Below are positions 1 to 7,558 of a DNA stretch of 32,000 bases, one piece after another. The position numbers and the translations under genes are program-made. The stretch comes from a virus, in the IMG/VR virus record IMGVR_UViG_3300045988_024411, positions 3,282-35,281 of that record; one strand, written 5' to 3'. Each line of letters starts with the position of its first letter. Position 1 is the stretch's first letter. The notes below the pieces were generated by a model, which made no database searches, was not told where the DNA came from, and worked only from the letters and a program-made list of their open reading frames with translations.

Positions 1-1
1 A

Positions 2-694
2 CTTCCAAATGTGACCACGTGGTCACATTTAGGGAACAGAGCGCTCTATCTGTTGGCTACACTTCCAGAGGAAGAAAAACAAGAGCAAATAGAAAAGATT
101 GAGCAAGGCGACACACCAACGGTCAAAGAGCTAGAAGAAGTGAAGAAAAAGCTAAAACTCAAAGACCAAGCACTAGAAGCGGTTAAAGGCGAGCTTAAGC
201 GTGCCAAAGCAATCAAACCGATTGAAAAAGTAATTGAAAAGGAAATCATCCCAGACGATTACAAGGCTGCGCAAGAGTTGAATAAAAAGCTACTAGCAAA
301 AAACAAAGAACTTTCAAATAGTGAGCAAGCAGCTAACGAGCGAGTGCAATTCATTGAATCGCAACTCAAAGAGCTAATGAATCAACGGCAAGAGGTTGAC
401 GAAAAGTCAGCTAAATACGACGAATTGACAAGAGCCATTGAACAGTCGCAAGGGCAATTAGACAGTTACCAAAAGCAAGTATCTGCTTACCGTCACACCA
501 TCAACTTTTTGGAAAAAGGGAACAAATTCCTTGCTAACTTTGGCGGCGTAGCGTTTTTGGATATCAAACCAGCGTTAAACAATCCGAAAGTTAGAACTGA
601 GCTTGAAACATTCTTAACTATGCTAAACAGTCTCAGCCGTAGCGTTTCGGAGATACTGGAACAAGACGACGTGATTGAAGGAGAAATCTTATGA
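2..694 (+). CDS. 5'-truncated coiled-coil early protein (possibly the C-terminal part of a DUF3102-like protein)
   Basis: The frame is open from the window edge, with no stop or SD before the GTG at 11. Stop TGA 692-694 overlaps the next start (ATGA). The sequence is highly charged and heptad-rich. The family name is from memory only. Confidence 0.6.
   Translation, partial: LPNVTTWSHLGNRALYLLATLPEEEKQEQIEKIEQGDTPTVKELEEVKKKLKLKDQALEAVKGELKRAKAIKPIEKVIEKEIIPDDYKAAQELNKKLLAKNKELSNSEQAANERVQFIESQLKELMNQRQEVDEKSAKYDELTRAIEQSQGQLDSYQKQVSAYRHTINFLEKGNKFLANFGGVAFLDIKPALNNPKVRTELETFLTMLNSLSRSVSEILEQDDVIEGEIL
7..30. promoter_or_regulatory. Perfect 24-bp palindrome AAATGTGACCAC/GTGGTCACATTT with a CACGTG core, lying inside the first CDS
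   Basis: Read directly: nt 7-18 are the exact reverse complement of nt 19-30. Confidence 0.5.
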
Positions 695-1110
695 CGAACG
701 ACATTATTGGTCAAAGTAAAGACCACGCAAGACAAGTATCGCACCTAGCAGTTACTAGAAATATGCTAGATGCACTCGAAAACCATGAGGAGCGTATCGC
801 TAATCTAGAAGACAACATGAGAGTGAACGCTGCACAAGAAATTAAATTAACTAACCTTGTCAACAGCAAGATTGTTGGATTGTTAGAAGGCAAGAAAAGC
901 AAGGCTTACCGCGATAATCATATTCGTGCTAAAGCGTATCATGCCATCAACAAAGAAATTATTAACCATTTCGGTGTGAGACGCAAAGAAATCCCTGCTA
1001 AAGAATTTAAGAACACCGTTATCTTTATCGAAAATTGGAGCTTGAATGATCAAGAGCTTAAAAACGAGATTTTCACTGCAAACCATCAAGGAAGTCTGTT
1101 TGAAGCGTAG
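691..1110 (+). CDS. ORF6C-domain protein (C-terminal domain type of phage antirepressors)
   Basis: 139-aa ORF with an ATGA overlap to the upstream gene. The block ...GKKSKAYRDNHIRAKAYHAINKEIINHFGVRRKEIPAKEFKNTVIFIENW matches my recollection of the ORF6C signature. Confidence 0.7.
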   Translation: MTNDIIGQSKDHARQVSHLAVTRNMLDALENHEERIANLEDNMRVNAAQEIKLTNLVNSKIVGLLEGKKSKAYRDNHIRAKAYHAINKEIINHFGVRRKEIPAKEFKNTVIFIENWSLNDQELKNEIFTANHQGSLFEA

Positions 1111-1136
1111 TTAGAGAGGTGTAGAAAGGAGACACT

Positions 1137-1277
1137 ATGAATGAAATCAAAATCCGTGAAGATAAAGTGTCCTTGGACGGTCAAGAGTTAAAAACACTTA
1201 CGGAATTCGAAATTAAAAGCACAACCGAGGACGGCTATGCTGAAGTGAAATTAACCTTACTTGCTAAATTGACCTGA
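1137..1277 (+). CDS. Small hypothetical protein (46 aa, MNEIKIREDKVSLDGQEL...)
   Basis: AAAGGAG SD at 1125-1131, 5 nt before the ATG. It fills an otherwise empty gap and is too short to appear in the ORF track. Confidence 0.45.
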   Translation: MNEIKIREDKVSLDGQELKTLTEFEIKSTTEDGYAEVKLTLLAKLT

Positions 1278-1290
1278 AAGGAGCAAAAAA

Positions 1291-1485
1291 ATGAATCACA
1301 TTCAAGATATTATCGAGTTCATGCAAAAAGGCCGTCCAATCCCTGAATGGGACTTCACGACCTACATGTTCTTTACATTCTCAATGCTTGTTGGAATCCT
1401 TATCTTGCTTCCTATTCGCTTTGAGAACTCTTTTGGAAAGAGACCAGAAGGCACCGAAGATAGGGACGCTAACGAAGGACATTAA
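1291..1485 (+). CDS. Small hypothetical protein with one predicted TM segment (64 aa)
   Basis: Strong SD (AAAGGAG then 7 nt then ATG). The 3' 105 nt overlap the convergent minus-strand gene, so the true extent is uncertain. Confidence 0.4.
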   Translation: MNHIQDIIEFMQKGRPIPEWDFTTYMFFTFSMLVGILILLPIRFENSFGKRPEGTEDRDANEGH

Positions 1486-1803
1486 ATTTCCAAATTGAGT
1501 ATCAGACAGAACAATCAAGCAGTTTCTCAAAACGAGGAATCCAAAGATAGGCAAAGTGATGACAAAGCTATAAGTTATATCACCGTCTTTCTCAAACTTG
1601 AAAAAGAGCAGAATGTCATGGATATAGCTTAACGCTAACATCGAAATGAATAAAGCGATACCAATCACTAGACATAGATACGTCCAATTGATGTCGGCCA
1701 GCCTAGTCAAGGCTGAATGGCTATCTGGTGTTATACAGTGGAATTCAATGTACAGCAACCCAACGAACATCAGAAAAGCAGATATTTCAGATTTATTCTT
1801 CAT
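1381..1803 (-). CDS. Polytopic membrane protein (about 4 TM, 140 aa). It is the only minus-strand gene, so it is a moron-like candidate for superinfection exclusion or abortive infection.
   Basis: GAGG SD 7 nt upstream of the ATG, and its own extended -10 promoter. Four hydrophobic stretches are visible (ISAFLMFVGLLYIEF, WTYLCLVIGIALFISMLAL, YSFVITLPIFGFLVL, LMSFVSVPIFGAFWSL), followed by a basic C-terminal tail. Confidence 0.65.
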   Translation of the reverse strand: MKNKSEISAFLMFVGLLYIEFHCITPDSHSALTRLADINWTYLCLVIGIALFISMLALSYIHDILLFFKFEKDGDITYSFVITLPIFGFLVLRNCLIVLSDTQFGNLMSFVSVPIFGAFWSLSKRVLKANRKQDKDSNKH

Positions 1804-1827
1804 GTCAAAACCTCGTTTTTATTAACT

Positions 1828-1836
1828 ATTATATCA
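1828..1836 (-). promoter_or_regulatory. Extended -10 promoter (TGATATAAT on the minus strand) driving the membrane-protein gene
   Basis: The reverse complement of 1828-1836 reads TGATATAAT, which fits TGnTATAAT perfectly. It lies about 25 nt upstream of the ATG at 1803, with a weak -35 (TTGGTA). Confidence 0.5.
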
Positions 1837-1853
1837 AATGGAAAGGACTACCA

Positions 1854-2093
1854 ATGGAAATCACCTACAAACCAGTCGGGATCAATGAGACGGCTGAGTG
1901 GGGAGACTACGACCACCTCATGCAGCGGTGGGAAGGTCTAGGGAAGTCAATGGCAAAAAACCTCATTCGAGAAATGAGGGATAACAAAGACTTTCGAGAC
2001 TACGTGTTCAACCCAACACATAAACTGGTTTTTATCAACTATGAAGGTTTTAAGTCCTTCATCGAATGGAAAACTAGAAACAGATTCAAATAA
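1854..2093 (+). CDS. Small excisionase/HTH_17-like DNA-binding protein (79 aa)
   Basis: An internal Met with the GGAAAGGA SD is preferred over the ORF-track start at 1728, because 1728 overlaps the minus-strand gene. The ...NLIREMRDNKDFRDYVFNPTHKLVFINYEGFKSFIEW pattern resembles Tn916-Xis-type small HTH proteins (from memory). Confidence 0.5.
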   Translation: MEITYKPVGINETAEWGDYDHLMQRWEGLGKSMAKNLIREMRDNKDFRDYVFNPTHKLVFINYEGFKSFIEWKTRNRFK

Positions 2094-2320
2094 CAATACA
2101 TCCCTAGCCGTAACGGTGAGCTAGCGGGGCATATCTGTTGAAAACGTAAGCAATACCATTAGCGACGATTTGATTTATAAGAACTCCTAAAAATTAATAT
2201 ATTAAAAGTCCTCGCTAGTTCTCTAGTGCGGTTAGGGAATAAAAAGGCCAACCACTGCCAGAAAGGAGCATAACCGAATGAAGTATATCTTTCACTAACA
2301 CGGAAGAAAATTACACGAAA

Positions 2321-2647
2321 ATGAACAACAAGTTCTTACAAGACACTAGCTTGAGCTTACAAGCTAAAGGCTTACTAGCTGAAATCTTGATAAATAAAAG
2401 CGACTGGCGGGTTTATCTGTCAGAACTTGAAAAGAGGTCAACCAATGGGAAAAGCTCACACCGTACAGCGTTTGAAGAATTGAAAGACAAACGGTATGTC
2501 GTGGTATTTCGTAAAAGTAAGGGCTATAAGAAAGGTTTTGAAATGGTCGTCTGTGCTTCAGACATACCAATGACAGACGAATTTATAGAATACCTTGATA
2601 AAAAGTTATCCACAGAGTTATCCACAGGTAGTCTTAAAAATTCATAG
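2321..2647 (+). CDS. Replication-initiator-like winged-HTH N-terminal domain protein (108 aa, looks truncated)
   Basis: FLQDTSLSLQAKGLLAEIL..W.VYLSELEKRSTNGKSSHRTAFEELKDKRYV is a typical wHTH of Firmicute phage or plasmid Rep/DnaD-like organisers. Its stop codon lies inside the first iteron. Confidence 0.55.
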   Translation: MNNKFLQDTSLSLQAKGLLAEILINKSDWRVYLSELEKRSTNGKSSHRTAFEELKDKRYVVVFRKSKGYKKGFEMVVCASDIPMTDEFIEYLDKKLSTELSTGSLKNS

Positions 2648-2754
2648 GTTAGGAAATTGGAATTTCCATTTAATCAAACGATGATAATTCGTAAGTTAGA
2701 AAATTCGTAGTATGAAAAAATCAAACGATGATAATTCATAGGTTAGAAAATCGG
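2639..2754. repeat. Three 22-nt iterons (AATTCrTArGTTAGrAAATysG) at an exact 47-bp period, plus a GGAAATT/AATTTCC palindrome
   Basis: Copies start at 2639, 2686 and 2733. The last two share an extra ATCAAACGATGAT flank (2673-2685 and 2720-2732). The palindrome is at 2652-2667. Confidence 0.8.
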
Positions 2755-2760
2755 ACGCTA

Positions 2761-2796
2761 ACAATAACTAATATATAAACAATAACTAATATATAA
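2761..2796. repeat. Perfect tandem duplication of the 18-mer ACAATAACTAATATATAA, with a degenerate third copy at 2859-2873
   Basis: Read directly. It lies in an AT-rich tract next to the iterons. Confidence 0.8.
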
Positions 2797-2920
2797 CAAT
2801 ATGGTGCTACGCACACTAACCAACAACAATCTAGAGCCTACCGGCACTAACTAGTAATAATAACTAATAGATAACTATACAGTAATAATCATAGTTAGAA
2901 GAATAAGAGAGGTAAAAAAC

Positions 2921-3067
2921 ATGAAAAAACTATTCGGATGGATTTGGAGCAAAAAGCAAAATGAAGAAGTGGAAACATTCGTGATCCACAACCGACCAAT
3001 GTGGGATGTTCAAATGCGTGAGTACAATCTCAAGCACGGATTACCAGAAGACCAAGTAATCGGGTGA
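2921..3067 (+). CDS. Small hypothetical protein (48 aa, MKKLFGWIWSKKQNEE...)
   Basis: AGAGAGG SD about 8 nt upstream. Below the ORF-track cutoff, with no recognisable family. Confidence 0.3.
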   Translation: MKKLFGWIWSKKQNEEVETFVIHNRPMWDVQMREYNLKHGLPEDQVIG

Positions 3068-3071
3068 TGCC

Positions 3072-3191
3072 ATGAAGCTACTAAGAAAACTATTTTCCAA
3101 GAAAAAACCTAAAGAGCCAGAATACTTTTTCGATGTGGTGGAGACGCCTGAAGAAAAGAGCGAACGGCTCAAACAGAAATATATTAAATAG
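3072..3191 (+). CDS. Small hypothetical basic protein (39 aa, MKLLRKLFSKKKPKEPE...)
   Basis: Starts 5 nt after the previous stop. Its N-terminus resembles that of the preceding small ORF. No clear SD. Confidence 0.25.
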   Translation: MKLLRKLFSKKKPKEPEYFFDVVETPEEKSERLKQKYIK

Positions 3192-3415
3192 CAACACCTT
3201 TCAACGTGTAGCCACGGCCCTGCCGTGAAGTGTAACTTATACCCATAATTTTTCCCCCAAAAAACTTTACTAAGTTACTTTTTTCCTAATATTCCCATTA
3301 CAGTCTAATAAAACATTGAAACATGACACGGTAGGGCTTGGGGTGCACGTTGAAGGCACTAAAAAAAGCACAGGTAAGGGCCTGTGCAAGAAAATTATAC
3401 CAAGGAGATTATACC

Positions 3416-5137
3416 ATGAAAACACAAACAATTGCAAAACCAAGTTTTACTAAATCTAAAGCCTATGGCTTGTGCGGAACACTAGCTCTTGCTACTGCAT
3501 TGCTAATCGGTGCAGGATCAGTATCAGCAGACGAAACTACTCAACCAGTGGCAGACACTCAACCAGCGGTGTCTAATGTGTACACAGCGGACAATTCTGG
3601 CAATGTCACTGTGACACCTAGCGAAACAGTGGCACCAGTCGAAACACCAGCGGTTGCTACAGAAGCACCAGCAACAACTACAGAAGTAGCACAACCGGTA
3701 GCTGAAACACCGGCAGCACACACAAGCGTAACTAAAGAGGGTGACACAATTACAGTGGAAAACCCTAATGTTGAAGTAACTTTCCCTAATGGAACTGGTA
3801 AATACTCACCATTCGAGGTCGAGTATAAAGATATTGAGTTTCCGGATAGCATGGCTATCAACGAAGGAGACAAGGTAGTAACTGAGTTGCCTAAAGAGAT
3901 TGGCTTGCAAACTAGCTTTGATTTCGATGTTTACAACAATGAGAATGTTGTGGGAAAAGCTAACGCCGATGCTCAAACACGAGTGATTACTACGACATTC
4001 AATAATTACTTTACTGAACATCCATTGAATAAAAAGATGTCTTTGAAATTCGATGCTAAATGGCTTGATGTCGTTGAGCCTGGCAAACCAGTGACAGTCA
4101 ATTTCGACGGTACTGTTAAGACATTCACTATTGCAGAGGAAGGGCCACTTCCAACTGATGAGCTCTTGTCTAAATGGGGTAGTCAAAATAAAGACAACCC
4201 ACAAGTTATCAACTGGACATTGCGTCTGAACACGGCTCGTCAGGTCTTGAACTATGCAAAATTGCAAGATACTTGGTCAGACAATCAAGAATTTGTGGAC
4301 GGCTCACAGAGTATCTACTTTGTTGAAGATCCTGTTAAGTGGACTGGCATTGACTATTCAGCTAAGGATTACCTTGAAAGCTGGAATGTCCGAGCAGACG
4401 GGTTCGATGCGAAATTCAAAGAGTTTAACCGCATCATGTACATTGACTATCAAACACGTTTGAAGTCAGCGGTTAAAGACTCAACTAATCCGACTAACAA
4501 GGCTACATTGGTAGCGGTAGATGCTGGGGCTATCTCAACATCTAAGGTCCAATTGGTTGGCGGACGTGGTGATGCGTCCGGTGAAAACAAACCAGAACCA
4601 ACCTTTGAAATTCCTCGTGAAGCTCCAAAAGTAGACATCCCAGAATTTGAGGGTGGCATCCCTGGAATTCCAGAGGTGCGAGAATTGCCGGAGTACACTG
4701 AGCCAATCGGCACAGTGCCAAATGAAGCTCCAGTTTACGATAAGCCAGAGTGGAACGGAGGTATTCCGGGAATTCCGGAAGAACGTGAACTTCCACAATT
4801 CGAGGGTGGAGTAGTGCCAAACGATGCACCTATCTTGGACTTGCCAGAATTGGAAATTCCGGAAGAACCAACACCAGAAAAACCTAGCACATCAAAAGAG
4901 GCATCTAATAAGCCCGTAGACGCTCCGAAAGCGAAAGAGGTAGAAATTACCGAGGTCGTTTATAAAAACGATTCTGAGCCAAAAGAGGTGGCAAATACGA
5001 CAGTTTACGGCGGTGTTCTACCTAACACTGGCGAAAAAGAGGGTATCGCTAGCAATCTTGGATTGGTAGTAATTGCAGCAGGTATCACTGGACTTACTCT
5101 TGGATTTAAAAAACGCAACGAAGAAAAAGGGGAATAA
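3416..5137 (+). CDS. LPXTG cell-wall-anchored surface adhesin, MSCRAMM/collagen-binding-like A domain plus a proline-rich repeat region (573 aa)
   Basis: AAGGAG SD 6 nt before ATG 3416, so the ORF-track start at 3338 is rejected. Signal peptide ...LLIGAGSVSA/DE. ITTTFNNYF resembles the TYTFTDYV motif of MSCRAMM N2 domains. The C-terminus carries LPNTG, a hydrophobic helix and KKRNEEKGE. Repeats of the form PEFEGGIPGIPEVRELPEY / PEWNGGIPGIPEERELPQF are present. Confidence 0.9.
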   Translation: MKTQTIAKPSFTKSKAYGLCGTLALATALLIGAGSVSADETTQPVADTQPAVSNVYTADNSGNVTVTPSETVAPVETPAVATEAPATTTEVAQPVAETPAAHTSVTKEGDTITVENPNVEVTFPNGTGKYSPFEVEYKDIEFPDSMAINEGDKVVTELPKEIGLQTSFDFDVYNNENVVGKANADAQTRVITTTFNNYFTEHPLNKKMSLKFDAKWLDVVEPGKPVTVNFDGTVKTFTIAEEGPLPTDELLSKWGSQNKDNPQVINWTLRLNTARQVLNYAKLQDTWSDNQEFVDGSQSIYFVEDPVKWTGIDYSAKDYLESWNVRADGFDAKFKEFNRIMYIDYQTRLKSAVKDSTNPTNKATLVAVDAGAISTSKVQLVGGRGDASGENKPEPTFEIPREAPKVDIPEFEGGIPGIPEVRELPEYTEPIGTVPNEAPVYDKPEWNGGIPGIPEERELPQFEGGVVPNDAPILDLPELEIPEEPTPEKPSTSKEASNKPVDAPKAKEVEITEVVYKNDSEPKEVANTTVYGGVLPNTGEKEGIASNLGLVVIAAGITGLTLGFKKRNEEKGE

Positions 5138-5139
5138 TC

Positions 5140-5460
5140 ATGAAAGAAAACAATAAACAAGTCGTATTTTACAACGCTGAAAAAGATGGATTTCTTAAAA
5201 GTTACAAAGATAGAGAAACTCTAGCTTTCGAAGCAACATTTACTGACCGTTTGAGAGACGCACTATACTTGCCAGTTGAACCATATGAAGAACAAAAAAC
5301 TGAAATCGACAAACTTGCTGAAGCGTTTGACTGCGAAGTGCTTATCGTGGAAGCTGAATACAATGTAACTAAACCTGGCGGTTCGGACTTTGAACGCACA
5401 GCGCGTGAAGAATCCCTGAAAGATGGTCTCAAATCGCTCCTAGACTTATTGACGGACTAA
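5140..5460 (+). CDS. Hypothetical acidic protein (106 aa), translationally coupled to the adhesin gene
   Basis: The ATG lies 2 nt after the adhesin stop, and GGGGAATAA supplies the SD. No recognisable family. Confidence 0.6.
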   Translation: MKENNKQVVFYNAEKDGFLKSYKDRETLAFEATFTDRLRDALYLPVEPYEEQKTEIDKLAEAFDCEVLIVEAEYNVTKPGGSDFERTAREESLKDGLKSLLDLLTD

Positions 5461-5526
5461 CAGAACTTGAAGTGGTGGGAGGGTAGGCATTAATTATGGC
5501 AGATAATCAAAAAATGAAGTTTAGAG

Positions 5527-5817
5527 GTGAGAGCAACGATAACATTCAAAGAATTTGAAGAAGTCTGGGACGAGTCAAGGGTCTTAAGTGACATTGTAAG
5601 AGTGCTAAGTTCAGCCGAAGGGAAGAACTATATCGAGGTCAAAGTTTACGAAAGTATTAACGGGATAGACATCTCGTCATCGGTCAGACTGGATGCTGAA
5701 GATAAAAAGGATGTTGTTGATCTTTTGAATAAAATTATGGCACGAAAACTCAGCAGACTTAGAGAGCAGGGTTTTGATTTTTACGAAGAATACCAAAAAT
5801 CAGAAACTACCACCTAA
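5527..5817 (+). CDS. Hypothetical protein (96 aa, GTG start uncertain)
   Basis: The only long ORF in this gap. The frame opens at 5518, and the only start candidate is a GTG with a weak SD. Confidence 0.45.
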   Translation: MRATITFKEFEEVWDESRVLSDIVRVLSSAEGKNYIEVKVYESINGIDISSSVRLDAEDKKDVVDLLNKIMARKLSRLREQGFDFYEEYQKSETTT

Positions 5818-5872
5818 AAACGATAAGAGAACCCAAAATTTGAGAATTAGGGGCATATAAAAAGGATATGAC

Positions 5873-6571
5873 ATGGAAGAAATGGAATTCACAGAGTTGC
5901 AACAACGGATGCAACTTGAAAAAAAACAAGAACGAAACGCCAAGTACGCTTCAAGGAGTGCTGAGGATATTTACAACACATTCAAGAGTTTGAAATCCAA
6001 CTGGAGTGTCGTTGTTGACTATGACTTGGTTGTAATTATGGACAAAACGTATATTAAAGCCACTGCTACAGCTTTCAAGAAAGGTTCAAGCGTGCAATCT
6101 GTGGCGTTTGCTGAGTTGTCTCCGGTGCCAATTTTGAAAACTCGCAACGGTGATCTAAAACAAATGACTGAGCCACAGTGGACAGGAGCGGTGCAATCAT
6201 ACGCTGGGAAATATGCCTTACAGTCATTGTTTGCGATTGGTGACCAAGATGTGGACCAGTTTGAAATGTCGGAGGATAGTTTGCAACAAAACCAACCTCA
6301 CAACAACCAACCGCATCAAAATCAGCAACCGCAACAAGCACACTACGAGTCAAGAAGCGATCAACAACCTAACTTTATCAGCAATGAACAGCATGACTTC
6401 ATTATGCAGCAAATCAATGAGTTAGCTCTAATTACTGGTCAATCAGTTGAAACAGTTGCTAATTACTACTTGAAGAAGTATAAACTCAATGATTTCCATG
6501 AATTGCTAGTAGCAGGATTTAACGTGGTAAGCAACGACATTCAAACACAAATCAACAATCGGAAGGGATAA
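5873..6571 (+). CDS. erf: ERF-family single-strand annealing recombinase with a Q/N/P-rich linker
   Basis: AAAGGA SD. The block ...MTEPQWTGAVQSYAGKYALQSLFAIGDQDVD resembles the ERF signature (GSA.TYARRYAL...FGI..eDD). Its position directly upstream of DUF1351 and SSB supports the call. Confidence 0.7.
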   Translation: MEEMEFTELQQRMQLEKKQERNAKYASRSAEDIYNTFKSLKSNWSVVVDYDLVVIMDKTYIKATATAFKKGSSVQSVAFAELSPVPILKTRNGDLKQMTEPQWTGAVQSYAGKYALQSLFAIGDQDVDQFEMSEDSLQQNQPHNNQPHQNQQPQQAHYESRSDQQPNFISNEQHDFIMQQINELALITGQSVETVANYYLKKYKLNDFHELLVAGFNVVSNDIQTQINNRKG

Positions 6572-6574
6572 GAC

Positions 6575-7558
6575 ATGAAGGACGTAACAAACAACGCAAC
6601 AAATAATTTCTTGGAAACAATCGAGCCGGTATATACACCGGGGCAAATCAACTTTGATTTTGAAGCATTTGACAAAGCTATTCAAGCGGCAGTTAGCGAG
6701 CTATCAGACGAACAATTGGACCAGCTTGAATATAGCGACATCAAGAAAGAAATTACCCGCTATAAAGGGCTTGATGACAAGCTAGATGCAAAACGCAAAG
6801 AGATTTCAAAAATCTATAAGAACCCACTCACAGAATTTGAGGGCAATTTGAAGAAATCACGCAAGCCGTTGCAAGAGCTAGTTGACAAGTTGCGTGCAAA
6901 ACGTGATGAAATCGACAATCACCAAGCAATGCTCCGAGCTGACCACGTTAGATCAGTCTTTGAAGAAAAGTGCGAACTTGCCGGACTTGATAAAGACACA
7001 TTCAAGGACAAGTACGACGGCTACTCTTTGAAGAAGTATTTCAAAGACAAAAAGGTGGAACTCAAGAAAGAGACTATCGAAGAAATCGACGCCCTTGTTT
7101 TAGCTGAGTATGACCGACTTGAGGAATACAAGGCTAACATAGCCATGATTGAGGAACAAGCCCTTGACTATGAGCTACCGGCTGAACCATATACTAGAGC
7201 ATTGCAGAATGATACACCTCTAGTGGAAATCTTGAAGCAAATGAAAAAGGACCGTGATGCAGCTATTGAGCGTAAGCAGCAAGCAGAAGCCAAAGCGAAA
7301 GCAGAAGCGGCACGCCTAGCAGAAATTGAAGCCATGGCTAAACAGTCAGCAAACGAGGAAATCAAAGCGGTTAACGCTGAAACTGGTGAGGTAATCGAAG
7401 ATGTCAAGCCAGCAGAGGAAGTACCTAGTAAACCCGCTGAACCGTACAAGGTCAACCTTGCCCTTACGTTCCACGGTGGAGAGAATCAATGGCATCAATT
7501 CGCTAAATTGTTGGATGATAACTTCGTAAACTATGAAATCTTAGGAGAAAATCAATGA
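6575..7558 (+). CDS. DUF1351-like protein (recombination-module accessory, 327 aa)
   Basis: N-terminal ...[23 protein letters not shown]...[27 protein letters not shown] pattern, a long coiled coil, and synteny between ERF and SSB. Confidence 0.6.
   Translation: MKDVTNNATNNFLETIEPVYTPGQINFDFEAFDKAIQAAVSELSDEQLDQLEYSDIKKEITRYKGLDDKLDAKRKEISKIYKNPLTEFEGNLKKSRKPLQELVDKLRAKRDEIDNHQAMLRADHVRSVFEEKCELAGLDKDTFKDKYDGYSLKKYFKDKKVELKKETIEEIDALVLAEYDRLEEYKANIAMIEEQALDYELPAEPYTRALQNDTPLVEILKQMKKDRDAAIERKQQAEAKAKAEAARLAEIEAMAKQSANEEIKAVNAETGEVIEDVKPAEEVPSKPAEPYKVNLALTFHGGENQWHQFAKLLDDNFVNYEILGENQ

Noticed and set aside
2278-2298. The mini-ORF MKYIFH with a strong SD as a regulatory leader peptide of the Rep-like gene.
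   Set aside because: It has only six codons, and I could find no alternative terminator/antiterminator structures around it. It is mentioned under the origin finding but is not supportable on its own.
2639-2796. The repeat-spacer-like pattern as a possible mini CRISPR array.
   Set aside because: There are only three 22-nt copies. The supposed spacers themselves contain a conserved 13-nt flank. The region is AT-rich with no cas genes or leader, and it is adjacent to a Rep-like gene, so iterons are the better reading.
3338-3415. The upstream extension of the adhesin ORF (ORF-track start at 3338, MGCTLKALKK...).
   Set aside because: It has a non-ATG start with no SD. ATG 3416 has AAGGAG at ideal spacing, and the signal peptide begins there.
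3524-4829. Multiple minus-strand ORFs (65-153 aa) inside the adhesin gene.
   Set aside because: They lie antisense to a well-supported CDS (signal peptide through LPXTG). They are Cys/Trp/Ser-rich, low-complexity translations with no translation signals.
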